The notes below the pieces were generated by a model, which did no database searches, was not told the origin of the DNA, and saw nothing but the letters and a program-made list of their open reading frames with translations. Shown here piece after piece: positions 40,151 to 53,469 of a stretch of DNA of 64,000 bases. Position numbers and translations under genes: made by a program. Origin of the DNA: Octopus sinensis. Lineage: Eukaryota. The stretch lies in assembly GCF_006345805.1 (NCBI RefSeq), contig NC_042998.1, positions 200,384,001 through 200,448,000 on the forward strand, read 5' to 3'. How positions within the stretch are numbered: the stretch's first letter is position 1; every line of letters begins with the position of its first letter.

Positions 40151-41380
40151 CTGGTGTTGGACAACATAATGAAAACACCTAGCATCATAGCGTCATAAAT
40201 TTGAAATGTATATAAAACTGTCAAAAGCTTCTTTATTTAATTTTTTTTTATTAGTGTTACATTATATGTTTTGCCAAAATTGTTGTTTCTTTTCAGTTAT
40301 CATCAGAGAAAGGTAATGAAAATTCATTAAAATGACAGATATATCGGGCTCGTATGGCAGTTGTAAACTTTACGAATACAGCCAAAATATTTTGTGTATT
40401 AGGAAGTAATGTCTCGATAGTAAAGACAGCTTTGAAAAAGAGGGAAAACCTCCTCGACGAAACAAAGCTCCGGAAGAAAACCAAAACATTGAGCGAGGGA
40501 CCGTCGGTCTCTTACACGAATTGTTAGAAAGGATTTAAAAAATACAGCTCCCCAAATTACTGCAGAACTCAATGTCCACCACGAGAACCTAATTTCTATA
40601 AAAACTGTTCGCCGGGAGCTACACAAAGCCAGATTTCACGGGATGGCTGCCATTAGAAAACCACTACTTTCAAAAACAAACGTTGCAAATCATTTAGAGT
40701 AGGGTAAAAACCTACAAACTTGGTCCCTAGAGCGGTGGAAGAATGTTAGTTTCTCAGACGAGTCAACTTTTACCTTATTTTCGACCACCGGCCGAGTATA
40801 CTTGTGGAGGCAGCCAAAAAAAGCATTTGACCCAGACTGCCTTCTTCCAACTGTTAAACAAGGAGAAAGATCTGTGATGATGTAGGGGACTATATCTTGA
40901 CAATCTGGCGTATCAATGGTTTCCCTTAATGGTAGAATTAATAGTAAAGACTTTAAGCATTTTATCGGAACACATCCATCCTGTTTGCCGAACTGTTGCT
41001 GGGGGGAAACGCAATCTTTCAGAATGATAATGCACCAATTCACGCAGATAAATTTGTTACTGAATGGCATGAGGAATATTCTAGTGAAGTAAAACATCTT
41101 TTCTGGGCACAACAATACCCAGATCTCAATATTGTTGAACATTTATACTGCATTTTAGAAAAACAAGCAAGGATTTGATATCCTCCGCCAACATCACTAC
41201 AAGAACTGGAGACTGTTTTACCTGAAGTATGGACAAAAATTCCATTGGAAACAGTTCGAACTTTGTACGAGTCCATACCTCGTAGAATTCAAGCTGTAAT
41301 TACTGCCAAATGCGGTCCTACTCCATATTAAAATGAATTTTTGAAATTTTAAGGTGTTTCCATTATTTGTCCAACCCCTG
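40151..41380 (+). mobile_element. Full-length decayed Tc1-like transposon with DD36E catalytic spacing
   Basis: About 29-bp TIRs (caggggttggacaaataatggaaacacct on the right, degenerate on the left) flanked by TA repeats; FSDES (D 40757), FQNDNAPIH (D 41026), PDLNIVE (E 41137). Confidence 0.92.
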
Positions 41381-41730
41381 TATATACATACATACATACA
41401 TGTATAAATACATACATAAATACGTGCGTCTGTGCATGCCTGTGTGTGTGTGTTTGTGGTAGTGTGTGTGTGTGTGTATGTGTGTGTGTGTCTGCGTATA
41501 CTGATACATATTTTGATACATATTGTAAGATATTGTCTCGTTCGCTTCAAACTTCTAATCCGACATTTATGCAGTTTCCGTCACTTTTAACCGAGATTCT
41601 TTTTCTGGTTTAAATATTATAAAGGCTATGAAGAAATAGATTACATTTATGGAAAGAATGAAAATGTATTAATAGTTTTGCAATAGTAGAAGTCCATATC
41701 ATGTAGGACAAGATATGTAAGACGTAGGAC

Positions 41731-41902
41731 AAGATACTGCGGTAGCCCTGGCTTCAGAGGTCCACAGCTCTTCAATAACCTCCCGAAGGACCTGAGAGAC
41801 CTGCATGGGGTGGATGCAGATGTCGTTAAAATAAAGCTGGATCTCCTCTTGTCAGGTGTCCCAGACGAACCAACTTCACGGTAGGAGGTGCAGATGAGGG
41901 CA
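41731..41902 (+). mobile_element. Partial duplicate of the adjacent CR1-like 3' ORF
   Basis: Highly similar to 42245-42418. Confidence 0.85.
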
Positions 41903-41962
41903 TATATATATGTATATATATATATGTATATATATGTATATACATATATATATACATATATA

Positions 41963-42031
<69 letters not shown>

Positions 42032-42034
42032 ATA

Positions 42035-42557
42035 GCCTCTGTGCAGCATATAAGCTATTGGGAGACTCAAGAGATTAAGACTCTATTCTTTAGAGCTTAG
42101 GCGAGAAGGATATGCCATAATATGCATCTGGAAGATCCTGGAAGGACTCGTCCAAAGCTTTGGCATCGAGAGTTACACAAAAACTAGAGCTGGGCGCCAC
42201 TGCATAGTGCCAAGGACTCCAAATTTGCTATCAAGATGTAAGAGAAGATACTGTGATAGCCTAGGCTTCAGAGGTCCACAGCTCTTCAATATCCTCCCGA
42301 AGGACCTGAGAGACCTGCATGGGGTGGATGCAGATTTCTTTAAAATAAAACTGGATCTCCTCCTGTCAGGTGTCCCAGATGAAACAACTTCCCGGCAGGA
42401 GGTGCAGATAAGGGCAGCTGCATCGAACTCTCTCATGCACCAAGTGTCAATTGTTAAAAAGCATTCGTGAAGTAAAATCATGTAGCAACACCGAATGGCA
42501 GTGCCCCAGCATGGCCACAGCTCGTGAGTTGAAACTAGATGAAATGAAATGAAATGA
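42035..42557 (+). mobile_element. CR1-like LINE 3' end
   Basis: LRLYSLE..RE.YAII..WKILEGLV...GPQLFNILPKDLRDL...FKIKLDLLL..VPDE, 3' UTR stem-loop and (GAAAT)n tail. Confidence 0.85.
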
Positions 42558-42739
42558 TTAGACATTTGATAGTTTACAGGCAAATATGTGACCTCTGATA
42601 AGTTAAAACAAAATTGCCGGTTTCAAGATACAATGCTTAATTTGTGGTCTGATGGCACAGTGTTATTTTTTAACGAATTATGGTAATTCCTACCTATTCC
42701 GTGGAATTCAATGTGCTCATTGTTTTTGCCTACACGAAC

Positions 42740-43376
42740 ATATGCATGTATGTATGTATGTATGCATGCATGCATGTATGTATGTATGTATGTATGTATG
42801 TGTGTGTGTATGTATGTATGTATGTATGTATGTATGCATGTATGCATGCATGCATGTATGCATGTATGTATGTATGTATGTATGTATGTATGTATGTGTG
42901 TATGTATGTATGTATGTATGTATGTATGTATGTATGTACGTGTGTATGTTTGTATGTATGTATGTATGTATGTATGCATGCATGTATGTATGTATGTATA
43001 TATGTGTGTATGTATGTATGTATGTATGTATGTATGTATGCATATATGTATGTATGTATGTATGCATATATGTATGTATGCATGTATGTATGTATGTATG
43101 TATGCATGCATGTATGTGTGTATGTATGTATGTATGTATGTATGTGTGTATGTATGTATGTATGCATATGTGTATGTATGTATGTATGTGTGTATGTATG
43201 TATGTGTGTATGTATGTATGCATGTATGTATGTATGTATGTATGTATGTATGTATATATGTATGTATGTATGCATGTATGTATGTATGTATGTATGTATG
43301 TATGTATGTATGTATGTGTGTATGTATGTATGTATGTATGTATGCATGTATGTATGTATGTATGTATGTATGCATG

Positions 43377-43410
<34 letters not shown>

Positions 43411-43436
43411 TGTATGTATGTATGTATGTATGTATA
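42740..43436. repeat. About 700-bp (ATGT)n array with ATGC/GTGT variants
   Basis: Direct reading; produces stop-free frames. Confidence 0.97.
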
Positions 43437-43469
43437 GAAATGAGTAGTTTCAAAATTGTAAAAACAAAA

Positions 43470-43801
43470 CAATTGCAGGTTGGAAGGTTTTTATAAGCCA
43501 TTTAAGAAACACACAAAAACCGTTAGATTCACTTCAACATTTAAATTTAATTTGTCAAAATATTTTCGTCGATTTGAGACCGCGACCTGTTCACTGACAA
43601 AATTCCGCGCTGCATCACGGAATTTTGTCAGTCTCAAAGCGACGAAAATATTTTGGCAAATTAAATTTTAATGTTGAAGTTAATCTAATTGATTTTGTGT
43701 GTTTCTTAAATGGCTTATAAACACCTTCCACGCTGCAATTGTTTCCGTTCCAGTATACGATTTCAGATCAGGTCACTTGCTATGCAAGTACATCCTCGCA
43801 T
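43470..43801. mobile_element. Palindromic element (IR 43470-43741) with 60-bp tail and ACTTGC-TAT-GCAAGT hairpin (Helentron/HINE-like)
   Basis: Long imperfect IR; tail conserved with 3702-3760. Confidence 0.65.
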
Positions 43802-44381
43802 AATCAAAACATTACTATGTATATTCAATCACAGTTTAGTCAACTTTAAAATGAAATATGAGTATAAATATAATTACTTAATCAGCTGATGCTTGACGCT
43901 AAAGTCTTATTTACATTAAACTTAATGAAAAGAAATTGTCACGAGTCAAGATTTACGATGTAAAGTGTAACGAGGCCTTTCCAATTGAACGTGCTGGAAC
44001 ATCAAAAGTTCATCATCCCGTCCTTTCTGTACTTCTTGATCATCGTTAAATGCGTAACTGGTTCTTTACATTTTATCAGTTTTATATATGAGTAAACCAT
44101 TGCTTGCACTCCGCTCAATGCGTTTCATTTACTGATGAACACGTCAATGTGGTTGAACCGCAATTTAGTGTTACTTTGAAGAAGGAATGGATAAAATTTT
44201 ATGTTTGTCAACGTTTCAAATTCTGAAACTTGAGCGTGTCGGCCCGGAAGATGTACTAGAAGGAAATCGATGTCACCTTCTACAAGCACTGCTAGTTCAT
44301 TTCAGAATATCGAAGAGTAAAATTAATGTAAAATGTTTGTGTTTTCGTTCGCCTGAGCATTAAATATATCTCAAGGAGGAA

Positions 44382-44761
44382 GCACTCCGTCGGTTACGAC
44401 GATGAGGGTTCCGGTTGATCCGAATCAACGGAACAGCCTGCTCGTGAAATTAACGTGTAAGTGGCTGAGCACTCCACAGACACCTGTACCCTTAACGTAG
44501 TTCTCGGGGATATTCAGCGTGACACAGAGAGTGACAAGGCCGGCCCCTTGAAATACAGGTACAACAGAAACAGGAAGTAAGAGTGAGAGAAAGTTGTGGT
44601 GAAAGAGTACAGCAGGAATCACCACCATCCCCTGCCGGAGCCTCGTGGAGCTTCAGGTGTTTTCGCTCAATAAACACTCACAACGCCCGGTCTGGGAATC
44701 GAAACGGCGATCCTATGACCGCGAGTCCGCTGCCCTAACCACTGGGCCATTGCACCTCCAC
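44382..44761 (-). mobile_element. tRNA-derived SINE (S4 head and body with the S3-type tail)
   Basis: A box tggcccagtgg, B box gtttcgattcc; 3' ~190 bp matches 22990-23168; head and body match 50764-50950. Confidence 0.88.
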
Positions 44762-45278
44762 TTGCGTAGATCTATAATGTTTGAAAACTTGTGAATATGT
44801 TTGAGACATATTGTATCTTACTACGTGCAATAATAGATCAACAAAGCTTACTTGAGTTAGATATCCACTAAAATCAGAAGACTATAAAACAAAAAGCCAG
44901 AAATGAATGAAACAAAGTCTGCAGTCAAAACGATATTATTTATGAAGACTACATATTTCTTCGTTTTGTATTGTCCATTATAATAACTTGCTGTAACTAA
45001 AAGGATGAATATTCGTACAACACGCATTACCAAACTTCAGTATTCTGTGTGTCGTTTTGTAGAATACACAAAAATTCATGACACGTCATTTGCATATTTT
45101 ACTAAAAAAATAATGAATGATTTATAAAAACATAATATGTAATATAAAATACATAATTGAAATTTTCTTGTTATTTGCGCGAGGAGGCTAAAAATTACAA
45201 AAAATAATACTCATAAGTATAATAAATATATATATGTACGTGTCTGTGTATGTATGTGTGCGTTTGTGTGTATGTATG

Positions 45279-45376
<98 letters not shown>

Positions 45377-45450
45377 ATATTTATATACATATGTGTATAT
45401 GCAAGAATATACCTACGGACATGCATGCACAGCCACGTGCATATACATGA

Positions 45451-45486
<36 letters not shown>

Positions 45487-46174
45487 ACTACTACTACTAC
45501 TACTACTTCTACTACTACTGCTACTACTACTAACAATAATAGCAATAAATTGTATAAAAGTGTGTACCTATATATATATACATATGAAGAATGATAGATG
45601 GTTATGTATATGTATGTGTTTGTATGCGTGTATATATATATATATATATAAATATATATACACATACACACACATATATATATATATACATATATGAAAC
45701 GTGTGTGTATGTGTGTGTGTGTGTGTGTGGTTTGTGTGTGCATAATATCGCCAAGAGATACCATTTTGAATAGCTTTCAACTGAAAATTATTAAACTTCT
45801 TTATTGCCTTCGGTAAATAGAAAATATTAATATTTCAAAATAAATATATACTTCGAGACTTTAGTCACATCAACAATACTGAAACCTATTTTCCATAGAA
45901 AGGCACACAAAGTAGAAAGTAGACACATAAATATATACATATATCAGCGTTTAAACTTTAGACTGAGAAAAGATCGGTGTATATAATTTAGAGGGGAGGG
46001 AATTAAATAGTTGTTTCAATACCATTACCACAATGGTACCTAAGTTTATTGATCCTGGCGACGTGAACGGTAAAAGCGACCATGATCACATTCGTACTGC
46101 AAACATTCAAAAAATAGAAATAACTTTATTCGATCATGATGCTGCCACATATTGATAAATATTTGCGAGTATAT

Positions 46175-46343
46175 TAGGCGCAGGAGTGGCCGTGTGGTAA
46201 GTACCTTGTTTACCAGCCACATGGTTCCGGGTTCAGTCCCACTGCGTGGCATCTTGGGCAAGTGTCTTCTACTATAGCCTCGGGCCGACCAAAGCCTTGT
46301 GAGTGGATTTGGTAGACGGAAACTGAAAGAAGCCCGTCGTATA

Positions 46344-46392
<49 letters not shown>

Positions 46393-46598
46393 CTGTCTGT
46401 GTTTGTCCCCCTAGCATTGCTTGACAACCGATGCTGGTGTGTTTATATCCCCGCCACTTAACGGTTTGGCAAAAGAGACCGATAGAATAAGTACGGGGCT
46501 TACAAAAGAATAAATTCCGGGGTCGAGTTGCTCGATTAAAGGCGGTGCTCCAGCATGGCTGCAGTCAAATGACTGAAGCAAGTAAAAAAGCGTAAAAT
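46175..46598 (+). mobile_element. Full-length long tRNA-derived SINE S1
   Basis: tRNA-like head, cttgggcaagtgtctt core, internal (TA)/(TG) microsatellite and CR1-like 3' tail. Confidence 0.92.
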
Positions 46599-46994
46599 AG
46601 ATATTAACCAAACAGAGAAATAAAAAGATAAAAAAACATTACCTATTAATTGAATTCTGCGATGTAGTTTCGTTTATCCTCATTCATTTAATTCTTTTCT
46701 ACCTAATGATTTATTAGTAATTAAAAACACGCATACATACAATCGTGTGATTCTCAGCACGCGCACATAAACATTAAAAAGATAATACCCAAAATTAAAT
46801 GTTGTATGTTACCCCTCTCTAGGTTTCAGCGGTACCAGGCAATTCAAGTTTAAGCGACTGCGAATTCTTCATCCAGTTCAGGTAATTACGGGGAAGAATT
46901 ATTTTGACACCCTACGAGATAGTACTGGAGATTTCGCCTGCAATTATAGTTTAACTAGCAGGCTTCTACGAAGTTTACGCTCACTTATATATGT

Positions 46995-47500
46995 TAGTTA
47001 GTTAGTTAATTTTTTGGCTCAAAAAGCAAAAACCAAGGCCATGTAGGGGGACATGGAGTTATGTACAGGGTGGTGTTCATGTAAAGAGTTCAGGCCACTT
47101 GAAGTCAAGAGAGACTTTGAATAGAGCGGTCGTCGGCATGCGAAGAAACATTTGTCGTAGATGTAATAGGATGTGGTCGTATGTAATATAAAAAGGATTT
47201 ATTTTCTAATGCATTCGACCATGCCTGCCGAGACACACTAGCGCGCACGCACAGCCAAGCAACCATCTTTATGTACACATGCGTACCTATATCCATAGCA
47301 ATGTGCAAGCAGGCAAGAAGGTGGTAAACATTTAATAGCTGTCTTACAATGCGATGTGGAAATACTCGTTACAACGAACGCGATGTGATGAAAGAGCAAG
47401 TGAGATAGACGGACCTCTACTTCTTGTTTGAACATCTTTGTCGGGGATGTAAGACTTCAAAATTTCAACAATTAATTTTTGTAAGTTAGCTGAGGTGGAA
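46995..47500 (-). mobile_element. Probable LINE 3' end with (TAAC)n tail
   Basis: Minus strand ends ...ccccctacatggccttgg...gagccaaaaaattaactaactaactaac; family not identified. Confidence 0.35.
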
Positions 47501-48704
47501 AAGGTTAATAGAAGGAAAGCGAAACAAAACACTGCTTGATGCTCGTAGCTATAATTTATATATTTTCATCTAATTAGGACATGGTAGCTGCTACCCAGAA
47601 TGGTATTTCCGATGAACAAGTGTCTGTCATTCTATTATCTAGAGTTATAGTAAATTATACAGACTATATAGCACAACCACTCCGTATCTATTGAGATTTA
47701 TTCGACTAAACCCTTCAAGGTGGACCCTCAGGATTGTCAGTGTTATAGCTGGAACATATAACAGAATAAAAGGTTACGCATATAAATATATGTAGACACA
47801 TATCCATACATACACAGACACATGCACTCACGCATATATATACACACATATACATATATGTATGTATGGTGTGTGTAACCATAAATATACTATAGCTGGT
47901 TATAATATACAAACATCCATATGACTCATATTTACTTTGCACGAACATAATTTCATAACCTTCAACGTATACGGTGCACTAAATATTATGTTTTCATAGT
48001 AGGTTCTTCTTCCTTGCTGGTAGCAACATATGTAGTATCTATCAACAGTATAATCGGTGTCACATTTTGTTTTTGAATTGATACAATTTTTTTTTTCTGT
48101 CGTTTGAAATATATATATAAACCAACTAATCAACCAACCAACCAACCAACCAAACAAACAAGGAATTGATTATTGCATTCATTCTATTTCATTGCTGGAA
48201 TTCATAATTTATGATTTTCTTTCCTTTCTTATCTGTAGCTCTAGATTTTTATCACACAGCTATGAATTATTAACCACAAAATAGTTTTTATTTTATTTAT
48301 ATCTCGTGAACTAGTTACATTATCGACTTCAAAAGACGTAAAAGATGTTGGTTGCGACATTCATGGGTTTTTCCCAACGGACTTATTAAATTAAGTGAAA
48401 TACTAGCTTTGCGAAGTTTTACATAAGCATCTATTTTTTTTATAGTACCAGTAGAATTTGTTATATAATCTTATACTATAATGATTTGTGTTGGAAGTAA
48501 AAATTATGAGGTTTATTCAACAATTTCTGCGTCTCAATGTTTTGATTTTCCCACAGGATTTGTATTTTATCTGTTGCTTCAATACATTTTAAAATCCATA
48601 CCTGCTTTATGTTTAGTACCTACTAAAGAAGTCCTATGATCATACGCATTTTAATCTAAACTATGCGGCTTTGCAGACATGTTGGGCATGAAACTATATA
48701 TTTC

Positions 48705-48923
48705 CTAATGTTGTTTTCTAATCTAGGCACAAGGCCAGAAATGTTTGGGGAGTGGGGCCAGTCAATTAGATCGATCCTAATACGCAAGTGGTACTTAATT
48801 TGTCGATTCCGAAAGGTTGAAAGGCTAATTTGACCTCGGCGGAATTTCAACTCAGAATGTAAAGACAGACGAAATACCACTAAGCATTTCGCCAGGCATG
48901 CTAAAGGCTCTGCCAGCTCGCCA
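48705..48923 (-). mobile_element. SINE S2 head and core with an alternative 3' tail
   Basis: Head and core match 55911-56065; tail ...ggccccactccccaaacatttctggccttgtgcctag differs. Confidence 0.8.
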
Positions 48924-49044
48924 CGTTGTCACACAATTCCTTATATTATTCTTGAAGAACTTTGAACGTGATAAGAGATACTTCTTTATTGTTTTTTTAG
49001 CAGATTAATCAGCAACGTAAACTTTCCCGCATAGATGCCTATTT

Positions 49045-49273
49045 CTTTACTATTTACAAGGGGCTAAACACATAGAGGACAAACAAGGACAGACAAACGG
49101 ATTAAGTCGATTATATCGACCCCAGTGCGTAGCTGGTACTTAATCTGTCGACTCTGAAAGGATGGAAGGCAAAGTCGACCTCGGCGGAATTTGAACTCAG
49201 AACATAGTGACAGACGAAATACTGCTAAGTATTTCGCCCGGCGTGCTAACGTTTCTGCCAGCTCGCCGCCTTC
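49045..49273 (-). mobile_element. Full-length SINE S2, 21-bp TSD
   Basis: TSD ttcccgcatagatgcctattt at 49024-49044 and 49274-49294. Confidence 0.92.
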
Positions 49274-49449
49274 TTCCCGCATAGATGCCTATTTTAGCCA
49301 ACAGTAAAGCTTGGTTCATTCGCGTTCAAAATACACAAAAGAAATGATATAGTCATCAAAGAAATATAACTAATATCTATATATCTGTATATGCAACCAA
49401 AGTACTGCTAGCCTTCTCCTTGTTACTATTATGTACAGGCAATATATGT

Positions 49450-49740
49450 GGAATTAGGATACGGCTCCTCAACATACTTCCAGGAAAATGCCAAAAGGGA
49501 TTGTCGGAGAATTCCTAGGACATCATCAGAGCCAATTTCTTACCTCCTAATCCCTTCGATAGTAATGCATGGGTTGGGAAAGACACCAACCGCTCGGCTT
49601 TGAACACTATTTCTGTGGTGGACTTCAAAATCAAGGAGGTATCAGAAGAGCTTCCCAGGAGCAGTGAAGAACCTATGTGTCAGGTTCCGGAGCCATTTTG
49701 AGCCCTGGTGAAAATTGACGGCGGCTGTTTTGAGTAAATG
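49450..49740 (+). mobile_element. Decayed mariner (DD37D-like) C-terminal fragment
   Basis: GKCQKGLSEN...PPN...KDTNRS...IKEVSEELPR...LVKIDGGCFE*, similar to 9750-10000. Confidence 0.6.
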
Positions 49741-50763
49741 CTATCACCCAGACATAAGTTAACTGATATTTGCTTTCTTTTTATTTAAAATGCATTCGTA
49801 TATGTAGGGGAAACTATGTTTTCCTTTGAAACAATCTGTCAAATTTAACCTGAACACACACAGAGGCAAACATACATACATACATACATACATACATACA
49901 TACATACATACATACATACATACATACATACATACATACATACATACATACATGCTAGGGTCAAGAACTGCCAGAGATATTGATGTAACCCACAATTTCC
50001 TAGTGGATGACCTCAACATTTATGCTAAAAATGTTATCAATTCCATAAATCAGCTGCCTATTTGATCATATTTAATCGCTGAACTGGGAAAATCAATACT
50101 TCAGACACAATACCTGTGCATCAATATTCCTAATATCCCCGCTGGCCGACACAAACAATGGAAAACCTACCTAGGCATTGATGAAAACATATCACATGAA
50201 GTTACTAAGAATACATAAAGAATAACCCGAGAAAAAGTCTGCTGGAACTCTTCCTTCACAAGAAGACAAAATCCTGAAATGCATTTGCAGTACCAGTCCT
50301 GCTTCCAATATTTGGGATACTTGACTGTCCAGCGGAGAAAATCCACTCATAGACGTTAAAGCTCATAAGAGACTTATATCAACTGGAAATCTCAAAAAAA
50401 AAATAAAATGGTGGTATTAGCAGCTTCTACATAAAATGAAATGAAGAAAGTAGAGGCTTGAAATCCATACAGATAGCCTTCGAATGTATATAGTCTCTCT
50501 GAAGCAGCACTTGCGAAATAGACAGCAACTGCAGCTAAAATAAATACATTAGTTTGGTGCTGCAAAATCTCGCATTCTCGAAACTACCAGGCTAACATAC
50601 CTGAAGTAGTACCTGGATGTGAAACGCCCAACATAATTAAAAAAAAAAGACTATCAATGGTTGTTTCACGACGACTTGAAGAAGACTAGGATCGACAGGA
50701 ATCACAGTCTCTTCTGCGTTAGTGATCTCTACATCACACTTTGATGGTTATGCATTTGCAATC

Positions 50764-51062
50764 GGTGGAGGCACATGACCCAGTTATTAGAGCAGCGGAC
50801 TTGCGGTCGAGGGATTGCGGGTTCGAATCTCAGACCGGGTGATGTGTGCGTTTATGAGCGAAACACCTAAACTCCACGCGGCTCCGGCAGAAGGTAATGG
50901 CGAACTTCTGCTGACTCTTTCACCACAAACTTTCTCTCCCTTTTTCCTGCTGCAGCTCACCTGCAAAGGACCAGCGTTCCGTCCAGGTAGGGAGCCTATA
51001 CGCCAAGGAATCCGGGAAACCGGCCTTATGAGCCAGGCATGGTTTGAGAAGGAATAAAAAAA
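50764..51062 (+). mobile_element. SINE with S4 head and body and a different tail, 11-bp TSD
   Basis: TSD catttgcaatc at 50753-50763 and 51063-51073. Confidence 0.88.
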
Positions 51063-51384
51063 CATTTGCAATCTAGTATGTAATAGGCAAGACAGAATGA
51101 AGATCTTGGAGCTCCAAGTTGCACACGAAAGGTTGATTATGTCATATTCCTGCGGAAGGCATCATAATATGTCCTCAATATATTACCTCCCTATGTGACA
51201 TGACGTAGTCGCAAAAACAGAGTACAATGCCATTTGAAGAACAGAATATCCTGGAACCCCATTGCTGTTGAATACATACAAAACATTAATACCAAATATA
51301 CTGGTGCAAAATTCCTATCTAGTCATGTGTGAAGTCTAAAAATATCAGGACCGATATTCTTATTTGGGATCAGAAATAAGTACC

Positions 51385-51574
51385 TATTTCTTTACTATCC
51401 AGACGGGGCTAAACACAGAGAGGACAAACAAGGACAAACAAGCGGATGAAGTCGATTATATCGACCCCAGTACGTAACTGGTACTTAATTTATCAACCCC
51501 GAAAGGATGTAAAATAAAGTCGACCTCGGCGGAATTTGAACTCAGAACGTAACGGCAGACGAAATACCGCTAAA
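51385..51574 (-). mobile_element. 5'-truncated SINE S2, 14-bp TSD
   Basis: TSD cagaaataagtacc at 51371-51384 and 51575-51588. Confidence 0.9.
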
Positions 51575-52084
51575 CAGAAATAAGTACCGTCATAGAGGTT
51601 TACAGTAATGATGTGAATATTTGTTTGAAAATCAAAGAGAAAGAAGACAACTGCGGACAGCTGCTTCGAAACCTCCAATTTCTGCATCCAGATAATAAAT
51701 TCACATTCATACCAATAATAATTGGTGCACTTGTTTTTGTGAGTAACTATCAAAATACCAATCTAGATAAGCTATGATTTCTAGAAATAGAAATCAGCTA
51801 AGGAACTCACATGTTACAAATACAAACTCGAAGTAGAACAGTAAATATATGCATGGCTTTTCTTAAAATTAAAACGTGATATTACTGTTGCTACCTACAT
51901 TCCAAAGACGAAGCTTTGTATTTTTGTTAGAAACAAGCTCCTTCCTTACTGCAAGAATTTAGATAATTTAAAATGGAAAAAAAAAGTTAGCATACACACA
52001 GAGAAACACGCACGCACACATGCACACACACACATGCACACACACACACATGCACACACACACACATGCACACACACACACATG

Positions 52085-52117
<33 letters not shown>

Positions 52118-53136
52118 GCATCAACAGAGAGAGTGATACATGCAAACATACAAATATATTAATGTGTGTATGTGTATGCCTGTGTGTATATATATATATG
52201 TGTGTGTGTATGCCTCTTTGTACATACATATATACACATAAATATACACATGACTGTGTATAATCACATACGTATACATATATCCATCTATAAGGACACA
52301 CACATACACACATATATTACGTACGTTTATACACGTCTATATTTACATAAGTGCGTAAAATTGTATGTCAATGCATATATATGTGTGCGTGTGTTTGTGT
52401 GTGTGTGTGTTTGTGTGTGTGAGTGTATGTGATACTTTAAATATTATTTTAATTGAATTTCAACATAGTTTCAGGCGAATAAATATAATGTAAAAAAGAA
52501 ATGCTTTCTGTTTATCTTCCTACAGTAAACTTCCCATCGAATTTCCCTCGAATTCTGACGTTAAGTTTCTACTTGCTTTTATTAGACCAACTTTATATTT
52601 ATTAACGTTAAATGTTGATCTGTCTCGAATGAGAGACAACAGCGAGTAGGTACATTTACGGATTTCCGTCTCACATACTTATCTGTACATCATGATACCG
52701 GAATAGATGAAATGATGGGTGAAAGCTAACGTTAAGTTGAGGACTGAACGTAAATTTTACAACAGACTGCATTCTATTACGACTCAGTCTGAGATATAGG
52801 AATGGATTATGTCTACCATTAAAGCGAGCATTAGAAACGGCCCGAGTTCTATACATATCCATTTGTGCTTTCTTATAATATCATACCGTGTAATTAAAAG
52901 GAAGATTCTTCAGGAGAATGAAAGTATACACGCTGATACACAGTAAGAAATTTACTAGGATGCAATCTATAAAGAAATAATCTCTTAGAAGGAAGGATGT
53001 ATTTCGTGCAAATAGCCAAGGCAGCTGCTTTGGAAGAAAAAAGTACAAATCTGGAGTAAGTCAGATGATCGGTCTCTTACGTAGCACAAATTTTCTTTAC
53101 AAATTATGTGGTTCATACTAACCCGGTTCAAATGTA

Positions 53137-53186
<50 letters not shown>

Positions 53187-53469
53187 ACTAATGTAGGATA
53201 AAATTTTTTTCGAAAAAACATTTTATCAATGGCCAGCAGATCAAAAAATACCTTTAAAGGTTAAACTTATAAATAACTTACAAAATAAGGGCAAAGGAAA
53301 AATTCTAATGCCAAATATGCCGAAAAAAAGACAAAATTTTGTCGTTATATATATACATATATACATACATATATATATAACAGTACGACAGAAAGCTTGA
53401 GGATGGCGAATTGCAGGGGTATTAGCGAAATATCTTCACGTAATACAACACAGACATTTAAACTGATGG

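Larger units (their letters stand above)
49935..51880 (+). mobile_element. R4/Dong-like non-LTR element (RT, CCHC and REL tail) interrupted by SINEs
   Basis: [42 protein letters not shown] and KFTFIPIIIGAL; begins directly after an (ACAT)n array. Confidence 0.75.

Noticed and set aside
42623-43501. Several 200-290 aa ORFs on both strands
   Set aside because: Stop-free readings of the (ATGT)n array.
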